64,000 bases of DNA from an uncultured candidate division Zixibacteria bacterium. Lineage in GTDB: Bacteria; Zixibacteria; MSB-5A5; GN15; FEB-12. Shown here in pieces: positions 28,853 through 38,561 of the stretch. How positions within the stretch are numbered: position 1 is the first letter of the stretch; each line of letters begins with the position of its first letter. The notes below the pieces were generated by a model. That model had not been told where the DNA came from. It did no database searches and saw nothing but the letters and a program-made list of their open reading frames with translations. The DNA lies in contig OY760907.1 of assembly GCA_963664195.1 (NCBI GenBank), positions 384,001 to 448,000 on the forward strand, written 5' to 3'. Made by a program: the position numbers and the translations under genes.

Positions 28853-28933
28853 CGATGTCTGCATCACTATAAACTACTGTCATTCCTGCCGATATAGACC
28901 AAGATGAGGAAAACTCAGCGTCCGGAACACACA

Positions 28934-30118
28934 ATGACAAAACTGCGCGGCCAGAACGGCTATACACTCATAGAACTCGTTGTGGTGCTTGTTATTATAG
29001 GCATCCTCGCGGCGGTATCGATGAAATCCATGACCAGAATCGATGATACCGTACGGGTAGAGCGGACCAGGCAGGAGCTTGAGTCGATAGCGTTTGCGGC
29101 AGCCGGCGACCCCAATCAGGTATCTGGCGGGGGGCGAACAGACTACGGATACGTCGGCGATGTCGGCAGTCTCCCCCCCAATCTGGACGCGCTGGTGTCC
29201 AATCCGGGTGGGTTCGCCACTTGGAAAGGTCCGTATATCGGGGACGAGTTCTCCTATGACGGATCGAGCACGGAGTTCAAGAACGACGCCTGGGGCAAGG
29301 CTTACTCCTATTCTGGCGGCGTGACCGTTTCCTCGACTGGCGGCAGTTCCACCATCACCCGCGAGATCGCCAGGTCGACCAGTGATGTCCTGCGTAACAA
29401 AGTCTCGCTGGCCGTGGTGGATATTGACAACACTCCCCCGGGGGCCGCCTACAAAGACTCCGTGGAAGTCCTTCTGAGCTATCCGAACGGCAGCGGCGGC
29501 ACAATTACCAAATCAGGAACACCCGGCAACGACGGCTTTATCGAGTTCGATTCGGTACCGATCGGCATTCACCCGATCCGCGTCATCTACACGCCAAACG
29601 CCGACACGTTGATTCGTAAGGCCACGGTCAATCCCGGGCTCGACTACTACACTGAGGTTCAGTATTTTGAGAACGTCTGGGAGGGCGACACCGCCAGCGG
29701 CGGCTCCGGAGGCGGAGGAGCTGGCGGCATAGAGTACGTCACCGGCACCGGAGAGGCTGACGGCGGCGACTGCGAGGATATCCGTTTCAGCATTGAAAAC
29801 ACTTCCGGCGGCGACATAGAGATTTCGAGTCTGACGCTCACCTGGTCGTCACCAACGGTCTACTACCGACGGATTCGTTGGGACGGCACCAACGTCTTCA
29901 ACCAGACGAATCCTCGATCAGGTTCGGGCGACATATCATCCTTCAACTCGGCTCAGACGATCGATGCCGGAGAGACCGTGGAAATACGTGTCCAGCAGTT
30001 TTGCCATAACCAGTGGAGTAGTTGCGGCGGAACTGAGAATATGGGCGAAACTACTTTCACCGTGGAACTCTCCGATGGTACCAGTTTCGAGTTCACAACC
30101 GGAGAGTGCGATGACTAG
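28934..30118 (+). CDS. Type IV pilin/GspG-like prepilin 1 with C-terminal beta-rich domain
   Basis: Class III signal G|YTLIEL + hydrophobic helix; DYGYVGDVG.LP.NL..LV.NP...WKGPY...DAWG; Gly linker, then unique domain. Confidence 0.85.
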   Translation: MTKLRGQNGYTLIELVVVLVIIGILAAVSMKSMTRIDDTVRVERTRQELESIAFAAAGDPNQVSGGGRTDYGYVGDVGSLPPNLDALVSNPGGFATWKGPYIGDEFSYDGSSTEFKNDAWGKAYSYSGGVTVSSTGGSSTITREIARSTSDVLRNKVSLAVVDIDNTPPGAAYKDSVEVLLSYPNGSGGTITKSGTPGNDGFIEFDSVPIGIHPIRVIYTPNADTLIRKATVNPGLDYYTEVQYFENVWEGDTASGGSGGGGAGGIEYVTGTGEADGGDCEDIRFSIENTSGGDIEISSLTLTWSSPTVYYRRIRWDGTNVFNQTNPRSGSGDISSFNSAQTIDAGETVEIRVQQFCHNQWSSCGGTENMGETTFTVELSDGTSFEFTTGECDD

Positions 30119-31376
30119 ACTATGCCGCGAAGCAGGATTCAGCCTGATCGAGCTGCTCGTGGTGATTGTCGTAATCGGCATCCTGGTCTCGGTGGCGATG
30201 CAATCGATGGATGTAGCCGTCGACGACTTCCGGACACTAAAAACGGAACGCGAGATGGAGATGCTCTCCAGGGCCATCGTGGGGGATCCGTCGATTACTA
30301 ACGGTCACGTGCGGACCGATTTTGGCTATGTCGGTGATATGGGTGCGTTTCCATCGAACCTGCAAGCGCTTTATCAGAATCCGGGGGGGTACTCAACCTG
30401 GGACGGTCCGTATCTGGAACCCGGCTACACACAGGATGCTACCGGATATCGGTTTGACGAGTGGGGAAAAGCGTACGAGTACACGGGCGGAACGGCAATC
30501 ACTTCAACCGGCAGCGGTTCGACTATCACGAAAAAGGTCACTGACGCAACAGCGGACTACCTGCTCAATACCTTCCACGGAACGATCTGGGACATCAACG
30601 ATTACTCGCCGAGCACTGCCCGCGATGACTCAGTGGATATCGTCATAACGATTCCTGACGGTGCCGGCGGCACTTCAAGCAAGATCGTGCATCCGGATTC
30701 GACCGGCAACTTCACTCTTGACTCACTGCCGGCGGGACAACACCCGTTGCGAGTTATTTACACTCCCGAGGCGGACACGATTTTCCGGTATCTGACGATA
30801 CTCCCCCGTCACAAGAGCAGCGGCAGGTACAACTTCGCGGACGACTACTTCTCGGCGGATGCCGGTGGTGGCGGCGGTGGAGGTGGCAGCCGTCTTGTGG
30901 ATACGCTTCGACCGAACGGAATCGGCTCACTGACATTCTTGATTCCACAACCCTTCGGACTGCTGGCCAACTGGGATCGGGTCGAAGAAGCAACTTCGGA
31001 TGGGGATGCCTCAATCGTCACGACTTCACTCGGGTCATGGATAACGGACGCGTACTCTTTGGAGGATCCTTCGGCTCCCGGCACGGCAGCTATCACCAAC
31101 GTGACGATCAAATGCGTCGCGCGCAAAACCAATGCGCATGGGCAGGTCAGACCGATTATCAGGACAGGTTTCCTCGACTATCACAGCAGCGAATTTGATT
31201 TAACAAACAGCTATGACGAGTATAGCTGCTCCTGGACAGACAACCCGTCAACCGGCTCCACATGGACATGGCAGGAGATTACAAACCTGCAGGCCGGTGT
31301 CAGCCTGAAAGCGCACAATGGCAATCACGATGCCTACTGCACACAGGTGTGGGTGGAGGTCGAGTATGAGCCGTAG
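30111..31376 (+). CDS. Type IV pilin/GspG-like prepilin 2 with unique C-terminal domain
   Basis: G|FSLIEL; same core as neighbours; poly-Gly linker, then Trp-rich beta domain; start overlaps previous stop. Confidence 0.85.
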   Translation: MTRLCREAGFSLIELLVVIVVIGILVSVAMQSMDVAVDDFRTLKTEREMEMLSRAIVGDPSITNGHVRTDFGYVGDMGAFPSNLQALYQNPGGYSTWDGPYLEPGYTQDATGYRFDEWGKAYEYTGGTAITSTGSGSTITKKVTDATADYLLNTFHGTIWDINDYSPSTARDDSVDIVITIPDGAGGTSSKIVHPDSTGNFTLDSLPAGQHPLRVIYTPEADTIFRYLTILPRHKSSGRYNFADDYFSADAGGGGGGGGSRLVDTLRPNGIGSLTFLIPQPFGLLANWDRVEEATSDGDASIVTTSLGSWITDAYSLEDPSAPGTAAITNVTIKCVARKTNAHGQVRPIIRTGFLDYHSSEFDLTNSYDEYSCSWTDNPSTGSTWTWQEITNLQAGVSLKAHNGNHDAYCTQVWVEVEYEP

Positions 31377-32763
31377 ACAGACAAGAAACGGTTTCACGCT
31401 CATAGAAGTCATTCTCGTGATCGTAATCTTCGGCATCCTCGCCACTGTCGCGATGCGGTCCGGGCAGAAGGTCTTCCAGACGGCCAAAGTGGAAGAAACT
31501 AGGCAGGAGCTTGATGCTCTCGCCGAAGCGATTGTCGGAAACGCCGGGTTGCAGAACAACGGCATCAGGGCGGATTTCGGATATGTGGGTGACGTGGGTT
31601 CACTTCCGCCCAATCTGGACGCACTCGTTTTGAATCCGGGCGGCTATGTGACCTGGAACGGTCCGTACATTGGCAATCGGTACACGCAACTGGCAAGCGA
31701 CTACAAAAACGACGCCTGGAACACGGCGTACAGTTACAGCGGTGGCGCGACGATTACCTCAACAGGGTCGGGTAGCAATATTGTCAGAAGATTAGCCAAT
31801 TCAACCAGTGATTTGCTGTACAACAGCGTTTCGGGAAACGTGTTCGACGCCGACGGCACCCCTCCCGGCACGGACAACGGTGACTCCGTTATGGTCAGGC
31901 TCATGATACCGAACGGGGTCGGCGGCATGGCAACCCGTACGACCTCAACGGACGCGGGAGGTTACTTCCAATTCGATTCTATTCCGATAGGCACCCATGA
32001 TCTCGTGATCGTTTACGAACCGGCCGACGACACCCTGATGCGGCTGGTAACCGTTTTGCCGCGTTCCGATGTGTACGCCGAATATCGACCGAATCAGGAT
32101 TACTGGCATGAATCAGACGGTTCCATAAGCGGTCTGGTGGGCCACTGGAAACTTGATGAGACAAGCGATACCGTGGTCTCCGATGCCTCCGGCTACGGGA
32201 ATCATGGCGCGACGCGTAACATGGCAGGCTCCCCATGGACCAACGGCAAGATTTCGGGTGCGCTGGAATTCGACGGCAGCAACGACTACGTTCAAATACC
32301 GCACTCCGATGAACTGAACGGAACCGACGCCCTGACCTACTCGGCATGGGTGTACGCCCACGGATGGAGCGGGACCAGTCAGGTCATGGCGAAGTCTGTT
32401 CATGGAGGCGGAACAGGTCGGGCGCAAATGGGAATATTCTCCGAAGGTGGAGTGCTGAAGGGTCGTGCGGAGACCGTGGACGGTCGCAGAGAAGTATCAA
32501 CTTCTTTGACAACGCTGAACGCCTGGGTCCACGTCGCGCTGGTGTTCGACGGCACCTCGCTGAATCTATATGTCGACGGCATCCTTGAAGGAGACTACAG
32601 TTTCGCCGCGACGACACTGATACAGACGACCGACCCACTCAATTTCAGTAAGCGAGTAGGGACATCGCAGTACTATTTCGACGGTCTGATAGACGACGTT
32701 CGGGTATACAACCGCGCGCTGAGTCTGGCAGAAATCCAGGCTCTCTCAGGCATGGGAATGTGA
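31366..32763 (+). CDS. Type IV pilin/GspG-like prepilin 3 with C-terminal LamG-like (ConA lectin fold) domain
   Basis: G|FTLIEV; shared core; LVGHWKLDE...ALEFDG..DYV...WVHVALVFDG...LYVDG...FDGLIDDVRVYNRALS. Confidence 0.88.
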   Translation: MSRRQTRNGFTLIEVILVIVIFGILATVAMRSGQKVFQTAKVEETRQELDALAEAIVGNAGLQNNGIRADFGYVGDVGSLPPNLDALVLNPGGYVTWNGPYIGNRYTQLASDYKNDAWNTAYSYSGGATITSTGSGSNIVRRLANSTSDLLYNSVSGNVFDADGTPPGTDNGDSVMVRLMIPNGVGGMATRTTSTDAGGYFQFDSIPIGTHDLVIVYEPADDTLMRLVTVLPRSDVYAEYRPNQDYWHESDGSISGLVGHWKLDETSDTVVSDASGYGNHGATRNMAGSPWTNGKISGALEFDGSNDYVQIPHSDELNGTDALTYSAWVYAHGWSGTSQVMAKSVHGGGTGRAQMGIFSEGGVLKGRAETVDGRREVSTSLTTLNAWVHVALVFDGTSLNLYVDGILEGDYSFAATTLIQTTDPLNFSKRVGTSQYYFDGLIDDVRVYNRALSLAEIQALSGMGM

Positions 32764-32764
32764 G

Positions 32765-33496
32765 ATGCAGGTAGCACAAAACGACAAGAATGGCTTTACC
32801 CTGATAGAGACGATCATTGTCATGCTGATTATTGGCATCGTCGCTGCGGTCGCCATGCGCAAGATGAACGAAACGGTGGAATCCGCTCAGTTTGAACAGA
32901 CCAAGAAGGAAATGAACCAGATCGCAATGGCCATTGTCGGCAATCCCGAGGTCTACTCGCGCGGTGCCCGCACCGACTTCGGGTATGTGGGCGATGTCGG
33001 CGCCTTCCCACGCGATCTCGACGATCTCGTGACGAATCCGGGATATGCCACCTGGGATGGTCCGTATGTGAAGGGTGGTTTCGACGCCAACGCCTTCAAG
33101 CGGGACGGCTGGGGAACAGACTACACGTACTCAGACACACTGATACAGTCCACCGGATCAGGAACCGACATCGACAAGAAGATCACAACCTCATCGGCAG
33201 CGTTATCCAATGCTGTCGCCGGCTACGTAGTCGATGCCAATCGCCAGATGGCTTCGGGAGTGTTCAAAGATTCCGTGTTGGTGTCGCTAATCTACCCCGA
33301 CGGATCGGGCGGGACCGCAGTCACCACAGTTAATCCCGACGATCACGGGCGGTTTGCGTTTTCTGGCGTTCCTATAGGTAATCATACGCTCAGGGTTATC
33401 TACACTCCCGACACAGATACAACCACGTATTCCGTCACGGTTTATCCGGGAAAAGATGTCAGCCTGGACATCGTTTTCCCGGCGGATTTGTGGTAG
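32765..33496 (+). CDS. Type IV pilin/GspG-like prepilin 4 (core only)
   Basis: G|FTLIET; shared core; ends where the other three continue into their extensions. Confidence 0.85.
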   Translation: MQVAQNDKNGFTLIETIIVMLIIGIVAAVAMRKMNETVESAQFEQTKKEMNQIAMAIVGNPEVYSRGARTDFGYVGDVGAFPRDLDDLVTNPGYATWDGPYVKGGFDANAFKRDGWGTDYTYSDTLIQSTGSGTDIDKKITTSSAALSNAVAGYVVDANRQMASGVFKDSVLVSLIYPDGSGGTAVTTVNPDDHGRFAFSGVPIGNHTLRVIYTPDTDTTTYSVTVYPGKDVSLDIVFPADLW

Positions 33497-33519
33497 GTGT
33501 TTGAAGGTATATAACCTGT

Positions 33520-34659
33520 TTATCCGCTAATCGCCAGATTGATCCCGCGTTTCTTCAGTTGCGGAAGGAATAGCGTCGGACTGACAGCGATTTCCTGCGG
33601 TTTGACACCGCGCACTTTGATCTGGCCCGCGGCCGCCATCCAGGCGATAATCGCCGCCGGGAATGCGGTCGTGCGCATCATAGCGGATAGGCCGGTCTTC
33701 GTATCCTGTCTATCAACAAGCTCGTAGGTGCGAACACCTGACTCACCGTCTTTAACCCCCTCGACCGTCACACGCAGCAACACCATGTCAAGATCCGAAG
33801 AGCTAAGCGTTCTCTGAAGCACGGCTTTGAAAACTTCTCTCGGTTCCACCGCACAACCGCCAACTTCGATCTGCTTGCGTGAGGCCAGCCCGATTTCCAG
33901 CATCGGCTTAAACAACTGGCAGTGACCTGGATAGCGAATAGTCTTGTAATCCAGAAAATCGACCTTGCCCTCGAACGTATCGGGGAGCGTAGAGGTACCG
34001 CCGGAAGTGTAAAACGCCTCAAGCTGACCAACACCGTCAAACTCAAGCTCCTCCACCGCTGACATTGGATTGACCATTTTCTTGCGGCCCTCATCGATGA
34101 TGACGCACGGTTCCCAATACTCGTTGATGAGGCCTTCGGTTGAGAAAACGATCTGATAGTTGAGCGGCGGACGGGGAGACTGTGGAAGTCCACCCACTCG
34201 TATCTTGACCGACTTTACCGTATCAAAACGTGCGATTCCGTCGGCTGCCATCAGCGAAACCATTCCTGGAGCAAGGCCACAATCCGGAATGGCGATGACA
34301 TCTGCCTTTTCGGCAGCGTCATTCATGGCCATTTGCGCCTTGACGGCGTCATTATTTCCGCCCAGATCAACCAAGTGACACTTCGCGGCAATAGCGGCCT
34401 GTGTGAGTCCCGGATTGTATTTGTAGGTCACACATGAGACTGCAGCGTCGTAGTCCTCAAGGATCGTGCGGGCGCGATCTTCATCGGCGGCATCAAGCCC
34501 GCCTGAGACGGCCTTTCCGTTGCCATATTTCTCACCGATTTCAGCGGCCAGTTGTTCGTTGATGTCAAATATGCCAACCTGCTGAACGTCGTCAGCTTGA
34601 GCCAGGTCATACAGGGCAGCCCTCCCCATGAGGCCGGCTCCCAGAACTGCAATCTTCAT
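33520..34659 (-). CDS. Saccharopine dehydrogenase / lysine 6-dehydrogenase family
   Basis: LGAGLMG, DLGGN, CGLAPG, VGGLPQ, GLINEY, YKTIRYPGH, MMRTTAFP. Confidence 0.88.
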   Translation of the reverse strand: MKIAVLGAGLMGRAALYDLAQADDVQQVGIFDINEQLAAEIGEKYGNGKAVSGGLDAADEDRARTILEDYDAAVSCVTYKYNPGLTQAAIAAKCHLVDLGGNNDAVKAQMAMNDAAEKADVIAIPDCGLAPGMVSLMAADGIARFDTVKSVKIRVGGLPQSPRPPLNYQIVFSTEGLINEYWEPCVIIDEGRKKMVNPMSAVEELEFDGVGQLEAFYTSGGTSTLPDTFEGKVDFLDYKTIRYPGHCQLFKPMLEIGLASRKQIEVGGCAVEPREVFKAVLQRTLSSSDLDMVLLRVTVEGVKDGESGVRTYELVDRQDTKTGLSAMMRTTAFPAAIIAWMAAAGQIKVRGVKPQEIAVSPTLFLPQLKKRGINLAISG

Positions 34660-34817
34660 ATTCTCACTCCCCTTAAGGGATCAGGGTAACGTCTCTTCAT
34701 TATACGAGCCACCAAATAAGGGCAGACGATCAACAAAAGCAACCTGATAAACATCAAAGTTGCGCCCAATCGTACCGATAACTTCGGTAAGAAGACAATC
34801 TTCAAACGAGGCAATCG

Positions 34818-35177
34818 GTGACTGAGAGCATGGAATTCGAGCATATTGATCTCGACACAATCGACATCAGTGACGAACTGAAACAGGAGATCAAGTTGTG
34901 TCGGGCATTGAGGCCTTACATCGGTCATTGTCTGTCAATGAACCACGACATAAACAATCCGCTGGCCGGGATTATCGGATTCTCAGAATACCTGCTCATG
35001 GACGAAGACACGCTGACCGAAGAGCAGGCCGCCAATATCAAACAGATCATGACTTGCGCGGAACGGATCAGGAAACTGATGGAGCGTCTCTGCGATCACA
35101 AGATGTCACTCGCAGAAGATATTGATTTGGAATCGATTACCGCCCGGTATAAGAAAGTCCAGAGACCTCTAGATTAG
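34818..35177 (+). CDS. Stand-alone HisKA (dimerisation/phosphoacceptor) domain protein
   Basis: H-box HDINNPLAGIIGFSEYL followed by a second helix; no ATPase domain. Confidence 0.72.
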   Translation: MTESMEFEHIDLDTIDISDELKQEIKLCRALRPYIGHCLSMNHDINNPLAGIIGFSEYLLMDEDTLTEEQAANIKQIMTCAERIRKLMERLCDHKMSLAEDIDLESITARYKKVQRPLD

Positions 35178-37340
35178 GTGATTGACCTTTCGCAACAGCC
35201 ACTCCGTGGTTAGCAGCGCAACAAACAACAGCAGCAGCCACAACCGTCCCCAGAGCGCCTTCTCCCCTTTGACGGACTCAGTAACCGGTGCAAGGTTCAT
35301 TGAAGCCACGGCTCCTCCAAACTCATCATACCGGCAGTATTTTCCGCCGGAAGCACGGGACAACACCTGCAGGGTCGAAGGATCGCCGTGCTGGTTTGAC
35401 TCCTCCAGAGAAAACGATTCAATCAGGATCTTGCCGCTTGATTCCTTCAACATCCGGCCATCCTTTCTGAAGATGCCGTCGAAATCATACTCTCCCGGCG
35501 GAACGGCCCTGAATTCGGCGGTGAACTTGCCCTCTCCCCGATCAACGAAATCGATCTCGAAGGTCTCCCCTGTCGCGACGTTCTTCAGGTTGACAAACCC
35601 GATGACACCGGGCAGCGGACGGAATCCCTGATCGAATGCAAACCCCTCAAACCTGATTGGGGCGCCCCGACTGAATACGTCCTGTTCGGGATTAATCCTG
35701 ACGGGGTCGAAATCATCCTGTACGGTCAACCAGCTAATCGTCCCCTGAAGCAACCGACTATAGTCGGGCCCGCCGGCGTCGTACCCCAGCGTCTCAAATT
35801 CCCAGGTCCACAACGGCGAGGCGGCGCTTGCTATCAGTTTGCCGGGTCCCAGCCGTCTGTATCCCAATACGGGAAGTCGGACGTCGCCCTCCCCGGTGCC
35901 CGAGGCAAAGGCCAGCACGGTCCCACCGGGTGCGATTTGATCGCAGGGCACAAGCATCTCGAACGGCGGCAACAGTGACCATCGCTCGCGCACGCCGGCG
36001 CGATCATCGGCAAGACGCACCGCCGGGTGGAAAAGCTCACCCTCTGCCGGCACGCCATGAAAATCTGCGTAGGCCGCTTTCGTGAGCCTGCTCTGGTGGA
36101 ACGGCAGGAGATCGTTCATCCAGGCCTGCGGACCCGCCCCGGCAAATCGCGCCCCCATCATTATCCAAATCGCTCCTCCCTTTTCGGCCAGATATGACCG
36201 CAAGAGCGCCTGTCTTGATTCCAAATCGCCCGGATCCGGGTCATGGAAAATCACCAGGTCGTATCGATTAAGCGCAGCTTGTGACGACGGGAGCCGTCCG
36301 GTCAGGTTGCCCGATTTGTCGCCAATCGCGATCAGGTCAACATCGTAACGGTCCGATTGCAGGAGGAACCGGCGAAGGAACCCGACCTCGTAGTCCGGTT
36401 CAGCGGTGACCAGCAGGACTTCCAGCCGGCTTTTCAGAACTTTGATCGCAATGCTTCGCTGATTGTTGCCATCACTGGCTTCCCCTTCCAACAACGGCAC
36501 ATTCACATTGAGAAGCTTCTTCCCCGGTTCCACCGGGACGTATTTGAGGGTAACCTCGCCGAAGCCGCCCTCTTCGTCAATCGAGTAGCGGGCTTCAGCG
36601 ACGGTGTTGTCCGATTCATTCAGTCGAATCACCGCGGTCTTGCCGGTGCCGCTCTGCCACGTCAATTTAACCTTGATCTCTGTCGACTGCCCTGCAAACG
36701 CCACCGGATTAAACTCCACTTCGGCAATGCCGATGTCAAACTCGCCGACATCACTGGCCATACCAACAGTTGTAACGGGCACTTTGAGTCCGGAGGCAAC
36801 ATCGGACGGTTTGCGCCCGCTGTTTGAGTTTCCGTCGGAGAACAACAGCCACAGATCGGAGGGATTGGACAGCTCGATCTTCTCAAGCTCCGCCACAGCC
36901 TCTCCCAGCGCGGTTTTCTCAGTGCCAACCCGAGACAGCCCCCGTACGAGGTTCTCGCCGAAATAGTAAGTGGAAATGTCAGCGCTCTGGTCAATCCGTT
37001 CGAAATCCTCTCCTGACAACAACGAGTCAAGGCGCACTTTTCGAGACTGATCGTTTTCTACCCGATCCATACTACCGGAACGATCCAGCAGAACCGCAAT
37101 CCGTTTGGCACGCGTAAACTCTCTTGAGTAGCTGAAAACAGGCTCGAAAAGCGCCGTAATCAGGACCAGGACAGCGAGAACCCGAATAGCCGCCAGAAGA
37201 ATACTGAGATACCTGGGAATAGGAGGATTGGTGCGATAGTACAACAAGACCGCCAGGGCCACCAGCACGATTGTAGCCAGCGCAACCGCCCAGGGCGAGC
37301 CGGTCAGGAAATTAACGGATATATCCTTAAAGCCGAACAT
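35169..37340 (-). CDS. Membrane-anchored vWA-domain protein with GATase-like central region
   Basis: Two N-terminal TMs, MIDAS DRSGSM, FSDG; C-terminal TM with EWLLRK. Confidence 0.72.
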   Translation of the reverse strand: MFGFKDISVNFLTGSPWAVALATIVLVALAVLLYYRTNPPIPRYLSILLAAIRVLAVLVLITALFEPVFSYSREFTRAKRIAVLLDRSGSMDRVENDQSRKVRLDSLLSGEDFERIDQSADISTYYFGENLVRGLSRVGTEKTALGEAVAELEKIELSNPSDLWLLFSDGNSNSGRKPSDVASGLKVPVTTVGMASDVGEFDIGIAEVEFNPVAFAGQSTEIKVKLTWQSGTGKTAVIRLNESDNTVAEARYSIDEEGGFGEVTLKYVPVEPGKKLLNVNVPLLEGEASDGNNQRSIAIKVLKSRLEVLLVTAEPDYEVGFLRRFLLQSDRYDVDLIAIGDKSGNLTGRLPSSQAALNRYDLVIFHDPDPGDLESRQALLRSYLAEKGGAIWIMMGARFAGAGPQAWMNDLLPFHQSRLTKAAYADFHGVPAEGELFHPAVRLADDRAGVRERWSLLPPFEMLVPCDQIAPGGTVLAFASGTGEGDVRLPVLGYRRLGPGKLIASAASPLWTWEFETLGYDAGGPDYSRLLQGTISWLTVQDDFDPVRINPEQDVFSRGAPIRFEGFAFDQGFRPLPGVIGFVNLKNVATGETFEIDFVDRGEGKFTAEFRAVPPGEYDFDGIFRKDGRMLKESSGKILIESFSLEESNQHGDPSTLQVLSRASGGKYCRYDEFGGAVASMNLAPVTESVKGEKALWGRLWLLLLFVALLTTEWLLRKVNHLI

Positions 37341-37400
37341 GTTGTCTCATTATACAATGACCGACCAAACCGGTTTGGCGATTTGACGCAATTGACACAC

Positions 37401-38387
37401 TCAGGAAGCCCGGGCGACCGTGAACCGGACCATATTGGTCAAAGACTCGTAGTACTTTGAGGCTCCTATGTGGGATAACGATTCCAATGCCTGCTCACCC
37501 AGCTCATTTGCTCGCCGGTAGGCATAGTCTACGCCACCGCACTCCTTGACGAAATCGTACACTCTCTCGAAGGCGCCTTCGGTGGCATGGCCGTCCCTGA
37601 GGTACTTAGTCATTTCCCGGCTTGAAGCCTCGCCCACAGACTGAAGCGAGTAAATCAACGGCAGGGTCACCTTGCCGTTGAGCACATCGTTGCCCGGCTC
37701 CTTGCCGGTCACCTCGGCATCGCCCACAAAATCAAGCAGGTCATCTGCAACCTGGAAAGCCGTTCCGATCTTCTCGCCAAAGTCGGCGAACCGCTCACGG
37801 TCCTCGATATCGCGCCCTTGGAGAATCGGCCCCGCCTCACATGACACGGCAAACAACGAAGCTGTTTTGTCAGCGATGATGTCGAGATACTCGTCTTCGG
37901 AAAGCGAGTAGTTTTCGGTTTCCTCAATCTGGCGCAGTTCTCCTACCGAAACGCGCTCGGTAGCGCGGGAGATCGCGTCGACCAAATCAATGGACTTCGG
38001 CTCAACCATCACGCGGAAAGCCTTCGCAAAAATGTAATCCCCCATTAATACGGAGATCAGGTTCTTCCACTTGTAGTTGACCGTCTCCTGGCCGCGGCGA
38101 AGATCCGACTCGTCTACTACGTCGTCATGCAGAAGCGTGGCGGTATGGATGAGCTCAATCGCCAGAGAGGCATCGACTGAGTGCTCAGAATAGTTCTCGG
38201 ACGCCCGTGAAGACAGAAAGAGAAATGCCGGGCGGATTCGTTTGCCCCTGGACTGCAACAGGTGCCGGGCGATGGAAGAGATCAACGGAGAATCGCCACG
38301 AAGGTAATCGTGAAGTTTCTGGTCGAAGGTTTCCAGATCGTCCTTGACCGGGGCAGTATATTCAGCTAACCGATTTGTGTCGAGCGT
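37401..38387 (-). CDS. Polyprenyl diphosphate synthase (IspB/HepT-like); start codon uncertain
   Basis: GKRIRP, LHDDVVD..RRG, GDY, KTA, FQVADDLLD; frame stays open ~36 codons upstream of the TTG at 38285. Confidence 0.9.
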   Translation of the reverse strand, partial: TLDTNRLAEYTAPVKDDLETFDQKLHDYLRGDSPLISSIARHLLQSRGKRIRPAFLFLSSRASENYSEHSVDASLAIELIHTATLLHDDVVDESDLRRGQETVNYKWKNLISVLMGDYIFAKAFRVMVEPKSIDLVDAISRATERVSVGELRQIEETENYSLSEDEYLDIIADKTASLFAVSCEAGPILQGRDIEDRERFADFGEKIGTAFQVADDLLDFVGDAEVTGKEPGNDVLNGKVTLPLIYSLQSVGEASSREMTKYLRDGHATEGAFERVYDFVKECGGVDYAYRRANELGEQALESLSHIGASKYYESLTNMVRFTVARAS

Positions 38388-38502
38388 AGTAATACCTCAC
38401 ATCATGCAGTTTCCGTTGGCTGAGTCAAAGAAACAGCTTAGCGAGGGAATGTCAATTCCTTTAAGACCGTGCGGAATGCAGTCGTAATGTGCGGTCTATT
38501 GC

Positions 38503-38561
38503 AGGGCAGGCCTGCACCAGACTGAGATCGTGACAACGCGTCCAATCCGATTCTGCCCTAC
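38503..38561 (-). repeat. GTAG-REP-like hairpin (GTAGGGCAGAA type) overlapping the hydrolase stop codon
   Basis: AGGGCAG...CTGCCCTAC; same 11-nt start as the REP at 61404. Confidence 0.6.

Noticed and set aside
28934..33496. Diversity-generating retroelement or shufflon acting on the pilins
   Set aside because: No reverse transcriptase, invertase, TR/VR pair differing at adenines, or inverted silent cassettes seen
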